This document shows positions 14,962-24,349 of a stretch of DNA of 34,897 bases, in pieces; position 1 is the stretch's first letter, and each line of letters begins with the position of its first letter. The DNA is from a virus (lineage: Duplodnaviria > Caudoviricetes). Under the pieces are notes generated by a model. The model searched no databases. It saw nothing but the letters and a program-made list of their open reading frames with translations, and was not told the origin of the DNA. Position numbers and translations under genes: made by a program. The DNA is taken from positions 1 to 34,897 of the IMG/VR virus record IMGVR_UViG_3300035492_000032, one strand, 5' to 3'.

Positions 14962-15282
14962 ATGCCCAAGATGCCCGAGAAAAGTCCAGAAGTATGGGCT
15001 GCGGTCCTCGCATGGCTGCACGCTATTGCGCCGAGCCTGTACGCGTTCTGTCTGTCCGTGACTATCGCCGTGCTGCGAGTCGTGTACGGGGGCGGAACTA
15101 AGCGGCAGATGGTGCTCGAGGGCGCCCTGTGTGGATTCGCCACGCTGACCCTGGTCCCGCTGCTCGAGTACTTCGGCCTCCCGCAGAGCATGGCTACGTT
15201 CGTCGGCGGTACCTGCGGATTTTTAGGAACGGAAAAGTTAAGAGATATGGCCGATAAAGTTATGGCAAAGAAGGGATATTGA
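14962..15282 (+). CDS. Holin, lambda S family, with M-P-K-M dual start
   Basis: Three hydrophobic segments; LRVVYGGG...LEGALCG...GFLG.EKLR; basic C-terminus. Confidence 0.9.
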   Translation: MPKMPEKSPEVWAAVLAWLHAIAPSLYAFCLSVTIAVLRVVYGGGTKRQMVLEGALCGFATLTLVPLLEYFGLPQSMATFVGGTCGFLGTEKLRDMADKVMAKKGY

Positions 15283-16097
15283 ATAAGCGAAGCGGTATAA
15301 TGACGAAGCCCGGAGTGCGCTAACACTGCCGGGCTTCTAATCACTACCTGATCGGTCGAGGATCACGGCAATGACTGACGCAAGTCTATCAGCGTTTTTG
15401 CACATATTCACCCGTAAGCAGGCCATTTCTAACGGCTTCAGGCACTACTTCACTGGCAAGCCGTGCAAGCGGGGGCACTATTCACTCCGAATGGTCAGCG
15501 GGAAGTGCCTCGCATGCGAGCCGGTTCATGCGCCGAGCAAGGAGCGCCGGGCTGCCCAGGGAGCGCGCTACTACCTCAAACATAAAGACCGTCTGCTTGA
15601 GCAGCAGCGAAACAAGTATAGGGCGAGCAGCGAAGCAAAAAAGGCTTCATCCAATAGGTGGCGGCTTGCTAACCATGAAAGAAAGCGCGAGGCGAACAGA
15701 GCCCATTACTTGGCGAACAAAGAGCGCTATCGGAAGCGTGGAGCCGAATGGGCTGAGAACAACCAAGAGCGCATGCGCGAAGCCGCCAAGAAGTGGCGTC
15801 AAGAAAATGCAGAGAGGGTCAGAGCGTCGAAGCGCAACAGAAAGGCCCTACTTCGCAAAGCCGAGGGCCTTCACACCGAGGAAGATATTCAGCGGCTTAT
15901 GGTGCTGCAGAGGTCCAAATGCGCACATTGCTCCCGATCTATCAAAAAAGAACGCCATGTTGATCACGTTATCCCGATTGCGCGTGGCGGCAGCAACTGG
16001 CCCGACAACCTCCAGCTTTTATGCCCTCACTGCAATATGAGCAAAGGTGCAAAGGACCCTTATGAGTGGAAGCAAGAGCGCGGAATGCTCCTTTAAA
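15229..16097 (+). mobile_element. HNH homing-endonuclease cassette inserted into the holin 3' end
   Basis: Holin tail is duplicated: TEKLRDMADKVMAKKGY* at 15229-15282 and TEKLRDLAIRWGEKKASA* at 16098-16154; the insert has lower GC. Confidence 0.75.
15371..16096 (+). CDS. HNH endonuclease (free-standing homing type)
   Basis: N-terminal YFTGKPCKRGH...CLAC, basic helical repeats, C-terminal CAHC...HVDHVIPIARGGSNWPDNLQLLCPHCNMSK. Confidence 0.92.
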   Translation: MTDASLSAFLHIFTRKQAISNGFRHYFTGKPCKRGHYSLRMVSGKCLACEPVHAPSKERRAAQGARYYLKHKDRLLEQQRNKYRASSEAKKASSNRWRLANHERKREANRAHYLANKERYRKRGAEWAENNQERMREAAKKWRQENAERVRASKRNRKALLRKAEGLHTEEDIQRLMVLQRSKCAHCSRSIKKERHVDHVIPIARGGSNWPDNLQLLCPHCNMSKGAKDPYEWKQERGMLL

Positions 16098-16154
16098 ACA
16101 GAAAAGCTCCGTGACCTGGCTATCCGCTGGGGGGAGAAGAAGGCGAGCGCATGA
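16098..16154 (+). pseudogene. Displaced original 3' end of the holin gene
   Basis: ACA GAA AAG CTC CGT GAC CTG GCT ATC CGC TGG GGG GAG AAG AAG GCG AGC GCA TGA; the stop overlaps the next ATG (ATGA). Confidence 0.75.
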
Positions 16155-16366
16155 AGCAGCAGCCTCCATGGATACACAGGTTCGATGACGGCCGCGGTGT
16201 CCGTAAGGTCTTCCTAGATGGGCAAGAGATCAAGATGGCTGTTTTCGCCGACCAGCAGCGCGGCATTGTGGATCGCTATCACCAGCCGCTCACTATCGAC
16301 AAGCGCAGCCAGTCGTTGATCACTGAGCGCCTGCATGGCTGCGTGGAGGTTGTATGGCCAGCGTGA
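16151..16366 (+). CDS. Hypothetical protein (71 aa)
   Basis: ORF with purine-rich RBS. Confidence 0.65.
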   Translation: MKQQPPWIHRFDDGRGVRKVFLDGQEIKMAVFADQQRGIVDRYHQPLTIDKRSQSLITERLHGCVEVVWPA

Positions 16367-16497
16367 ACATGGTCCTCGGTGTGGCAATGGCTATCGCCCG
16401 TGTGGTGTCGCAGCCGAAGGTTACTGGAAATGAATGACGACTACGAAGGCTTCGGCAAAGTCGGGTTCGGCGAGAGCGTGACGAAGGAGTGGACGTG

Positions 16498-16623
16498 ATG
16501 GGTCAACTACCAGATATGCAGGGCGTGTTCATCTTCCTCGGCTGCTTGTGCGCCGTCGCTGGATGGGCCGCTATTGAGACGGTGCTGTGGCTGCTCTCGC
16601 ACGTAAGCATCACCCTGGCATGA
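16498..16623 (+). CDS. Small membrane peptide (41 aa)
   Basis: RBS AAGGAG; MGQLPDMQGVFIFLGCLCAVAGWAAIETVLWLLSHVSITLA. Confidence 0.5.
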   Translation: MGQLPDMQGVFIFLGCLCAVAGWAAIETVLWLLSHVSITLA

Positions 16624-16740
16624 AACGCCTCCACGCCATCCTCATCATCACCTGGCTAGGCATCTGCATCGTCTGCCTCTGTGCAGGGGAAATGGGGAGA
16701 GCGGCTAGACGGTGGTGGAAACGCAATAGAGGTTCCTCGC

Positions 16741-17214
16741 ATGAGCTTGACCCTGAAGCAGGAGGCCTTTTGCTCGGCCTACCTGGAGACGGGGAATGCC
16801 AGCGAGGCCTATCGAAGAGCGTACAACGCCGAGAACATGAAGGCCGGCACCATTGCGGTGAAGGCCAGCGAGCTACTGGCGAACGGTAAGGTCGCGGTAA
16901 GACTGGCTGAGATGCGCCAAGCAGCTGCAGAGCGCAACCAGATCACCGTGGATGACCTGCTGCGTGAGCTGGAAGAGGCCCGCGTTAAAGCGCTGAGCTG
17001 CGAGAATCCCCAGTCATCGGCAGCGGTGAGCGCGACGCTCGGCAAGGCAAAGTTGCTCGGACTGGATCGCCCAGACATTGGGCTTGATCTGGAGGCCAAG
17101 CGCCTGAGCATCGAGAAGCTGCGCCGAGAACTGGAAGACCCGAATCAGGGCTTGCCTGAGCCGAAGCAAGTCATTATCGGGGTGGAAGATGCAAGCGACC
17201 CTGAAGCTGAATAA
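16741..17214 (+). CDS. terS: Terminase small subunit
   Basis: LTLKQEAFC..YLETGNASEAYRRAY; start re-called at ATG 16741 behind GAGG. Confidence 0.92.
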   Translation: MSLTLKQEAFCSAYLETGNASEAYRRAYNAENMKAGTIAVKASELLANGKVAVRLAEMRQAAAERNQITVDDLLRELEEARVKALSCENPQSSAAVSATLGKAKLLGLDRPDIGLDLEAKRLSIEKLRRELEDPNQGLPEPKQVIIGVEDASDPEAE

Positions 17215-18475
17215 GCCGCAGTTCGAGTTCATCAGCCACCCAAAGAAGTTCTCAGCGTTCGTCGGCGGGTATCGAAGCGGAAAGACGTTCGTAGGCTGCG
17301 TGCGGCTGTGTATCAACGCCCTGGAGCACCCCGGAATTCCCCAGGGCTACTTCGCGCCGACCTATCCGCAGATTGCGGACATCTTCTACGACACGATACC
17401 GGGTGTTGCTGAGGCCTTCGGGCTGTTCGCCGACATCGTGCCGAGCAACAAGCGGGTGCATCTTCGCGACTCGAAAGGCCGCTGCCTGTCGACGATCGTC
17501 TGCAAGAGCATGGAGCACCCTGGTCGCATCGTTGGTTTCAACATCGCGCACGCGCTGGTCGACGAGATCGACTGTATGCCGATCAAGAAGGCTGACAGTG
17601 CCTGGAAGAAGATCATCGCCCGTATGTCGACCGTCTGGCCGACCCGCGGAGAGAACACCATCGACGTGACGACCACGCCGGAGGGGTTCAACTGGGTATA
17701 TCGCAAGTTCGTCAAGGAGCTGGCCGCCAATCCGAGCCAGCGCCCGCTGTACGGCATCGTCCATGCCAGCACGCGGCAGAACGCGAAGAACCTGCCAAAG
17801 GATTACATCGCTTCGTTGCGTGAGTCGTACCCGGCCAATCTGGTCGACGCCTACATTGACGGCCAGTTCGTCAACCTGGTGAGCGGATCGGTCTATCCGA
17901 ACTTCTGCCGGCGGCTGAATCACACAGACGAGACGATTCGCCCGGGTGAGGAGCTGCATATCGGGATGGACTTCAACATCAATCGGATGGCGGCCTGCGT
18001 GTTCGTCATTCGTGACGGCGAGCCGATGATGCTCGATGAGCTGACCAGCCTATTCGATACGCCCGCGATGATTGAGGCGCTGGAGACCCGATACCAGGGT
18101 AAGCACAAGATCACCGTGTACCCGGACGCCAGCGGTAAGAACCGCAAGAGCGTCAACGGCAGCGAGTCGGATCACAGCTTGCTCAAGCAGGCCGGCTTCA
18201 CGGTTCGCGTCAACCCGGCTAACCCGATGGTTCGTGACCGGGTTCTAGCCGTCAACGCCATGTTCCTGAATGGCGATGGCGTGCGCCGGCTCAAGGTCAA
18301 CACCGACAAATGCCCGGTCACCACTCAGGTGCTCGAGCAGCAGGCATACAACGAACACGGCGAGCCCAACAAGGACGGTACGGAAGACCCGGCCGATGCC
18401 TTCGGCTACTTCGTCGTTCACCGCTTCCCGATCATAAAACCGGCCAAGCCGCAGACAAAACCTCTACGGATGTAA
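17189..18475 (+). CDS. terL: Terminase large subunit
   Basis: GGYRSGKT Walker A, LVDEID Walker B, TTTPEG, GMDFN and DPADA nuclease motifs. Confidence 0.95.
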   Translation: MQATLKLNKPQFEFISHPKKFSAFVGGYRSGKTFVGCVRLCINALEHPGIPQGYFAPTYPQIADIFYDTIPGVAEAFGLFADIVPSNKRVHLRDSKGRCLSTIVCKSMEHPGRIVGFNIAHALVDEIDCMPIKKADSAWKKIIARMSTVWPTRGENTIDVTTTPEGFNWVYRKFVKELAANPSQRPLYGIVHASTRQNAKNLPKDYIASLRESYPANLVDAYIDGQFVNLVSGSVYPNFCRRLNHTDETIRPGEELHIGMDFNINRMAACVFVIRDGEPMMLDELTSLFDTPAMIEALETRYQGKHKITVYPDASGKNRKSVNGSESDHSLLKQAGFTVRVNPANPMVRDRVLAVNAMFLNGDGVRRLKVNTDKCPVTTQVLEQQAYNEHGEPNKDGTEDPADAFGYFVVHRFPIIKPAKPQTKPLRM

Positions 18476-18480
18476 AGCCA

Positions 18481-19833
18481 ATGAGCAACGACCCAAGCAA
18501 AACGATCCCGGCCGTGGACGCCATGCGTGAGGATTGGGCCGTTGTTGCGCCGCTGATGGGTGGTACGAAGGCTATGCGGGCCGCCGGGCGTGCTCTGCTG
18601 CCTCAGTACCCGGCCGAAGAGGACGACACCTATAAGGAGCGCCTGCGCCTCTCCACGCTGCTGCCGGCCTACGCTGAGACGGTCAACAACATGACCTCTC
18701 GTGTGTTCGCTGAGCCGCTGCAGTTGGGCGACGATGTGCCTGAGCGCCTGGTTGAGCTGTGCGAGGACATCGACCTTGCCGGTAATGACCTGAATAGCTG
18801 GTCGGTTGACCTGTTCCGCCACGCGCTGAGTCATGGCCTCTGTCACGTGCTGGTTGAGTATCCGCGCGCCGAAGGTCTCCGCACTCGCGCAGACGAGATC
18901 GCTGCAGGGGTTCGCCCGTATGCCGTGCTGATTCGCCCCGAGCAGGTGCTTGGCTGGCGTGTCGACGGTGGCAAGCTTGTGCAGTTCCGCTACATGGAGT
19001 CGATCGAGGAGGCGGAGGGCGAGTTCGGCGTGAAGTCGGTCGCCCAGGTTCGAGTTCTTGAGCCTGGCGTGTGGCGCACCTATCGCAAGGCCGACAATGG
19101 CGGCGCATGGGTCCAGCACGACGAAGGCACTACCAGCCTCGGCTACGTGCCGCTTGTGTCGTTCTATACCGGCCGCACGGGCTTCCTGACGGCAAAGCCG
19201 CCGTTGCTCGAACTGGCGCACCTCAACGTCAAGCACTGGCAGTCCCAGAGCGATCAGGACAACCTTCTACACGTCGCCCGGGTGCCGCTGCTGTTCACCT
19301 TCACCGACGACGAGCAGTTCGAGCTGGTGATCAGCTCCGGCAGCGCGACTCGCATGCCTCAGGGTGGCGATGCCAAGTACGTCGAGCACACCGGGGCAGC
19401 TATCAACGCTGGCCGGGAATCGCTGCAAGACCTGATCGAAGAAATGCGGATGGCCGGCGCCAAGCTGCTGCAGAAAGAAAAGCAGCAGACCAAGACGGCG
19501 ACCCAGGCGAACGAGGAGGCAGCGCAAGAACTGTCCCCGCTGGCTCGTATGGCCAACCAGTTCGCTGATGCCCTCGCGCAGATGCTGCAGGTGATGGCCG
19601 ACTACCTCGGCCTCGGCGATGGCGGCATGGTCGAGATGCGCGGCAACTTCGATCAGGACTTCGCGCCGGAGACAACGCTGCCTCTGCTGCTCAACATGGC
19701 GGTACAAGGCAAGCTGTCCAGCGAGACCCTGTTCGCTGAGATGCAGCGCCGTGGCGTGATCAGTGATGAATACAGCTGGGCCGACGAGCTCGAGCGAATC
19801 GAGCAGCAAGGGCCAAGCCTCGGAGCTATGTGA
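18481..19833 (+). CDS. Portal protein (DUF4055-like)
   Basis: Position after terL; GGTKAMRAAG..LLP, PPLLELAHLNVKHWQSQSD. Confidence 0.88.
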   Translation: MSNDPSKTIPAVDAMREDWAVVAPLMGGTKAMRAAGRALLPQYPAEEDDTYKERLRLSTLLPAYAETVNNMTSRVFAEPLQLGDDVPERLVELCEDIDLAGNDLNSWSVDLFRHALSHGLCHVLVEYPRAEGLRTRADEIAAGVRPYAVLIRPEQVLGWRVDGGKLVQFRYMESIEEAEGEFGVKSVAQVRVLEPGVWRTYRKADNGGAWVQHDEGTTSLGYVPLVSFYTGRTGFLTAKPPLLELAHLNVKHWQSQSDQDNLLHVARVPLLFTFTDDEQFELVISSGSATRMPQGGDAKYVEHTGAAINAGRESLQDLIEEMRMAGAKLLQKEKQQTKTATQANEEAAQELSPLARMANQFADALAQMLQVMADYLGLGDGGMVEMRGNFDQDFAPETTLPLLLNMAVQGKLSSETLFAEMQRRGVISDEYSWADELERIEQQGPSLGAM

Positions 19834-20918
19834 TGGCAACGGCGAACGAGCGGCTAGCAGATCTCGCGATCGCCCACGCCATCGACCTGACGCGCTACAG
19901 CAACGGCGTTGTGCGGCGGATGATCGGGCTGTTGAATCGGGTAGACGAGGACCTGTTCGCGCAGCTGCTCGTGGCACTGGAGTCGATGACCCCGGAGTCG
20001 TTCACGGTACAGCGACTGGACTCTCTGCTCTCCAACGTGCAGCGGCTCAACGCCCAGGCCTATCGCCAGATCGGAGTGGAGCTGGACGAGGAGCTGCTGC
20101 AGCTCGCCGGTTATGAGGCCAGCTACCAGCACAGGGCGCTGCAGAGCGTGCTGCCTGCGCAGGTAGCAGAGCAATTGGCGCTGAACACCATATCGGCCAA
20201 TCAGGTCTATGCCGCGGCGATGGCCAGGCCTTTCCAGGGCAAGCTGTTGTCCGAGGCGCTGACCGGCATCGAGGCTGCACGCGCCGCTCGAATCCGCGAT
20301 GCCATCCGTATTGGGTTCGTGGAGGGCGAGACGATCAGTCAGATGGTTCGCCGGCTGCGTGGTACGCGCACCAATGGCTACGCTGACGGCCTGCTGGAGA
20401 TCGACCGGCGCGGCGCTGAGGCGCTTGTGCGTACCGCAGTCAATCACACGGCCAACTACGCCAGGCAGGCGCTGTTCGAGGCCAACGACCATCTGGTCAA
20501 GCAGTGGCAGTTCCTCGCCACCCTTGATGGCCGCACCACGATCACGTGCGCCTCGCTATCTGGCAAGACGTTCGCCATCGGGCAGGGGCCGCAGCCGCCG
20601 CGTCACTGGAACTGCCGCAGTACGTCCGTCCCTGTGCTCGAATCGGCTTGGGAATCGCTGGGGCTGAGCAAGAGCGACATCGACCCCGGCACCCAAGCGA
20701 GCATGGACGGGCAGGTCGCTGCCGACATCAGTTATGGGCAGTGGCTCAAGAGCAAGCCGGCGGCCTTCCAAGACGAGGTGCTAGGCCCGGAGCGCGGCAA
20801 GCTGTTTCGTAGCGGCGGCCTGACCGTGGATCGCTTCACCGACTCGAAGGGCAAGGTCTACACCCTGGACGAACTACGCAAACGAGACGCTGCTGCTTTC
20901 GAGAAGGCTGGGCTATGA
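19833..20918 (+). CDS. Head morphogenesis / minor capsid protein (SPP1 gp7 / Mu F-like)
   Basis: ATLDGRTT..C, PPRHWNCRS. Confidence 0.9.
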   Translation: MATANERLADLAIAHAIDLTRYSNGVVRRMIGLLNRVDEDLFAQLLVALESMTPESFTVQRLDSLLSNVQRLNAQAYRQIGVELDEELLQLAGYEASYQHRALQSVLPAQVAEQLALNTISANQVYAAAMARPFQGKLLSEALTGIEAARAARIRDAIRIGFVEGETISQMVRRLRGTRTNGYADGLLEIDRRGAEALVRTAVNHTANYARQALFEANDHLVKQWQFLATLDGRTTITCASLSGKTFAIGQGPQPPRHWNCRSTSVPVLESAWESLGLSKSDIDPGTQASMDGQVAADISYGQWLKSKPAAFQDEVLGPERGKLFRSGGLTVDRFTDSKGKVYTLDELRKRDAAAFEKAGL

Positions 20919-20925
20919 TGGCCCA

Positions 20926-21177
20926 ATGACCGGAAAGCCAACCCTCCACGTCATCGAAGGCGCCGCCAAAGACGACGAACCACGCCAGAAGGCCCGCAAG
21001 GTGATGCAGAAGCGTCCCCAGGCGGCCAACCTGCTGCGCTGCCATCGGTGCGGCGGTGGAGAGGTGTTCGAGACTAAGGTCGGCGTCATCTACAAAAATG
21101 GCAAGGCCGGCGGCGGCACGAAGCAGATCCTATGCGCGTCGTGCTTTATGAAAGGCGAGAGGGTGGTTCTGGCATGA
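20926..21177 (+). CDS. Zn-ribbon hypothetical protein
   Basis: CHRCGG...CASC. Confidence 0.7.
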   Translation: MTGKPTLHVIEGAAKDDEPRQKARKVMQKRPQAANLLRCHRCGGGEVFETKVGVIYKNGKAGGGTKQILCASCFMKGERVVLA

Positions 21178-21581
21178 GCAGCTGGCCTGACTGGGCGACA
21201 CATCAATTGGACGACGGTTCTGGCGAAACGGTCTACGTCGCGCCAGGCCCTATGTCCGGCCAATACGTAGAGCTTGACGCTGATTCTGGCGAGCCGATTC
21301 GGCTTTTCACGGCGAAAAACTATGTGGATGGCTCGCTTAAGGAAAGGCCGCAGTCGAAAGGGGCGACCCTTGCGAAGACGATCAGCGAATACCGCGGAAC
21401 CAAGCAGGCGATGCAGGCCATCATCGACCGGCACATGCAGGCTGCCTTTGCTGAGATCAAGCAAGAGTTCGGCGACACTCCGACGACCGTCTACGTGAAC
21501 ACCGTAGAGAAGCAGGATATGGGCCAGCCGTACCCGTCAGGCGTATACGTCGGCTGCGAAGTGAGGCTTGGCGGTGAGTGA
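21174..21581 (+). CDS. Hypothetical protein
   Basis: ATGA overlap with the previous gene; start re-called at 21174. Confidence 0.65.
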   Translation: MSSWPDWATHQLDDGSGETVYVAPGPMSGQYVELDADSGEPIRLFTAKNYVDGSLKERPQSKGATLAKTISEYRGTKQAMQAIIDRHMQAAFAEIKQEFGDTPTTVYVNTVEKQDMGQPYPSGVYVGCEVRLGGE

Positions 21582-21777
21582 AGTAATGCACGCAGCTATT
21601 CGCTAGGCGATTCTCGATAATCGTCCGCTGACCTTTTTAGGTACAACTCAGACTGCTAGCGCCATTTTCGAATTTCGTGTTAGCCAGCTGTTATTGTTGA
21701 TCGGTCGAAAGATTCCTGTGATCAGGCAAATGCTGCGATAACACCAGGCCCGGCCCGGCGCCGGGTTTTCCATTTCT

Positions 21778-21810
21778 AGAGCCTCGACTTCGGTCGGGGC
21801 TTTTTCGTTT
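21778..21810 (+). terminator. Intrinsic terminator
   Basis: GCCTCGAC-TTCG-GTCGGGGC then TTTTT. Confidence 0.8.
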
Positions 21811-21988
21811 CAGCCGAAAGACAACCAAACACGCAGCTAGGCCCGTACAGCCGAAAAGCGGATGTTCGCTCATCCGTCCGCCCCGCTGCGCCTTGCAAAC
21901 GACCGTAGATAGGAGGCATCCGAAAGCGCTTTCCCTGGAGCGTTTCTACGGTCGATCTATTTCCAGGGCTCATTGCAGGGCATGAACG

Positions 21989-22501
21989 ATGAACAACGTC
22001 ATTCCGTTCCACTACCAGGGCCAGCCGGTGCGCTTCAATAGCGAGGGCTGGATCAATGCCACGGATGTGGCCAAGCGTTTCGGCAAGCGGCCAAACGACT
22101 GGATCGCACTGCCGTCGACAGCGCAGTACATAGAAGCGCTAAACCGCCACCTGTTTGGCGATACCGGAGAATCTGGTAACGACAAGCTGATCGTCTCTCG
22201 GCGCGGCGGGCGTGAGCAAGGCACGTGGTTGCACCCTAAGTTGGCTGTGGCGTTCGCCCGCTGGCTCGATGTGGACTTTGCGGTCTGGTGTGACCTTCAT
22301 ATCGACGCCCTGCTGCGCGGCGAGCTGACCGAAAAGCAGCAGTTCGACCGAGCCTGCAAGGCTCTTTCCGATGCAAGCGATATCGCCAGCCTGAGTGGCA
22401 GCGAACTTGCCAAATTCCGCTGGCGCAAGCCTGGACTGATTGCTCAGGTCGAGCACTGGCGCGAGCAGCTGCAAATGACATTGGGACTTGAGGCCGCATA
22501 A
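21989..22501 (+). CDS. KilA-N domain protein (antirepressor-like moron)
   Basis: GWINATDVAKRFGKRPNDW...GTWLHPKLAVAFARWL. Confidence 0.92.
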   Translation: MNNVIPFHYQGQPVRFNSEGWINATDVAKRFGKRPNDWIALPSTAQYIEALNRHLFGDTGESGNDKLIVSRRGGREQGTWLHPKLAVAFARWLDVDFAVWCDLHIDALLRGELTEKQQFDRACKALSDASDIASLSGSELAKFRWRKPGLIAQVEHWREQLQMTLGLEAA

Positions 22502-22520
22502 GGCCTGCCCACACAAGTAC

Positions 22521-22542
22521 ACCGCCGTTTGGCGGTTTTTTT
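22521..22542 (+). terminator. Intrinsic terminator
   Basis: ACCGCC-GTTT-GGCGGT followed by a T run. Confidence 0.85.
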
Positions 22543-22623
22543 ATGCCCGCAGTTTCGGATGGGACGGGGCGCCACCGGGCCGGATGGCTCAACGCAATGG
22601 CCGGATGGCCGGAGAAAGACGAG

Positions 22624-23361
22624 ATGAAACTGAAGCTTGACGAAAACGGCAACGCAGTCCTGCAAGAAGGCAAGCCGGTCTACGTGCACGATGATGGCAA
22701 GGAGCTGGCGGTGGATGTCGCCCAACTCACTAGCCGTGCGCAGTACCTGGCAGGCGAGGCAGAGAAGGCTTTCCAGCAGCGTGACGAAGCCAAGAAGGCC
22801 CTCAAGGCTTTCGAGGGTCTTGAAGACCCGGCAGCTGCACGCAAGGCGCTGGAAACCGTCGCAAGCCTCGACCAGAAGCGGCTGATCGATGCCGGCGAAG
22901 TCGAGAAGGTCAAGTCGGAGATCAGCAAAGCCTTTCAGGCCCAGCTGGACGAAGCCAACACCAAGGCGCAAACCCTGGAACAGCAACTGTACGGCGAGAA
23001 GATCGGCGGCAGCTTTGCTCGCTCCAAGGTTATCGCCGAGAAGCTGGCTGTCCCGGCTGACATGGTGCAAGCCACCTTCGGGAATCGCTTCAAGATCGAG
23101 GACGGCAAGGTCGTCGCCTATGACGCCAACGGCAACAAGATCTTCAGCCGTGCGCGCCCGGGTGAACTGGCCGACTTCGACGAAGCGCTGGAAACCCTCG
23201 TCGAGCAGTACCCCTACAAAGACCACATCCTTAAGGGCTCCGGTGCCAATGGCGGCGGCGCTCCGAATGGAAACGGTCAGCCCCCCAAGCCCAAGGGCAA
23301 TCTCGGCGGCAGCAAAGAAGAGCGCCTGGCCGCGATCAACGCCCAAATCCAGAACGCGTAA
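22624..23361 (+). CDS. Capsid scaffolding protein (DUF6651-like)
   Basis: MKLKLDENGNAVLQEGKPVYV; coiled coil; Gly-rich tail; precedes the MCP. Confidence 0.82.
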   Translation: MKLKLDENGNAVLQEGKPVYVHDDGKELAVDVAQLTSRAQYLAGEAEKAFQQRDEAKKALKAFEGLEDPAAARKALETVASLDQKRLIDAGEVEKVKSEISKAFQAQLDEANTKAQTLEQQLYGEKIGGSFARSKVIAEKLAVPADMVQATFGNRFKIEDGKVVAYDANGNKIFSRARPGELADFDEALETLVEQYPYKDHILKGSGANGGGAPNGNGQPPKPKGNLGGSKEERLAAINAQIQNA

Positions 23362-23374
23362 GAGGAAATAGCCA

Positions 23375-24343
23375 ATGGCACTGTCCGACATGAAGGTGTT
23401 CAACGAGTACCTGAAGAACACCACCGTCGAAACCATCGCGCAGATGGTCGAGAAGTTCAACGCCGCGTCGAATGGCGCGATTCGCCTGACCCCGCAGGGT
23501 ATCGACGGCGACTTCCTGCAGGAATCCCTGTGGGCTGGCCTGCACTCCGCTCAGCGCCGTGTTGACCGCTACGCTGCCAACGGCGCGCAGTCGGCCACCG
23601 CCCTGGCGCAGGTCCAGGCCAACAGCGTCAAGGTCGCAGGCGGCTTCGGCCCGATCCTGTGGGAGCCGTCCCAACTGTCGTGGATTCAGAAGAACCCGGC
23701 CGAGGCGCTGGAGGTAATCTCCCGCAACCTGTCCGAAGCCATCATGGCCGACCAGCTGAACACTGCCATCGCCGCCCTGGTTGCCGCGATCAGCAACGTG
23801 GCCGGCGCCACCAACGACGTGTCCGCCACTGCTGGCGTGACCTACGGCGCAATCAACGGCGCGCACGCCAAGTTCGGCGACGCCTCCGGCCTGCTCGTGG
23901 CTCAGGTGATGACCGGCGAGGTCTTCCACAAGCTGGTCGGCCAGAACCTGGCCAACGCCTCGCAGCTGTTCAACAGCCAGTCGGTCAACATCGTGGACAT
24001 CCTCGGCCGCCCGGTGATCGTCACCGACGCTCCGGCACTGTACGAGACCGGCACGCCGAACAAGCAGAAGGTGCTCAGCCTGGCTGACTCCGCCGCCATC
24101 GTTCACGACGGCAGCGACGTGGTGACCAGCGTTCAGACCAGCAACGGCAAGGAGCGCATCGAAACCACGTTCCAGGCCGACTATTCGTTCGGTCTGGGCC
24201 TCAAGGGCTATGCATGGGATGTCGCCAACGGCGGCAAGTCCCCGACCAACGCAGAGCTGGCGACCGGTTCCAACTGGGACATGTTCGTCAACAGCGTGAA
24301 GTCGAGCGCTGGCGTGATCACCATCGGTGACGCAACCAAGTAA
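23375..24343 (+). CDS. Major capsid protein
   Basis: Position, size, strongly biased codons; FNAASNGAI, KGYAWD...SPT motifs. Confidence 0.9.
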   Translation: MALSDMKVFNEYLKNTTVETIAQMVEKFNAASNGAIRLTPQGIDGDFLQESLWAGLHSAQRRVDRYAANGAQSATALAQVQANSVKVAGGFGPILWEPSQLSWIQKNPAEALEVISRNLSEAIMADQLNTAIAALVAAISNVAGATNDVSATAGVTYGAINGAHAKFGDASGLLVAQVMTGEVFHKLVGQNLANASQLFNSQSVNIVDILGRPVIVTDAPALYETGTPNKQKVLSLADSAAIVHDGSDVVTSVQTSNGKERIETTFQADYSFGLGLKGYAWDVANGGKSPTNAELATGSNWDMFVNSVKSSAGVITIGDATK

Positions 24344-24349
24344 CCGATA

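Noticed and set aside
16502-16512. GTCAACTACCA identical to the omegaRNA/IS end start
   Set aside because: No following TGAA hairpin or scaffold; lies in a small ORF; probably chance
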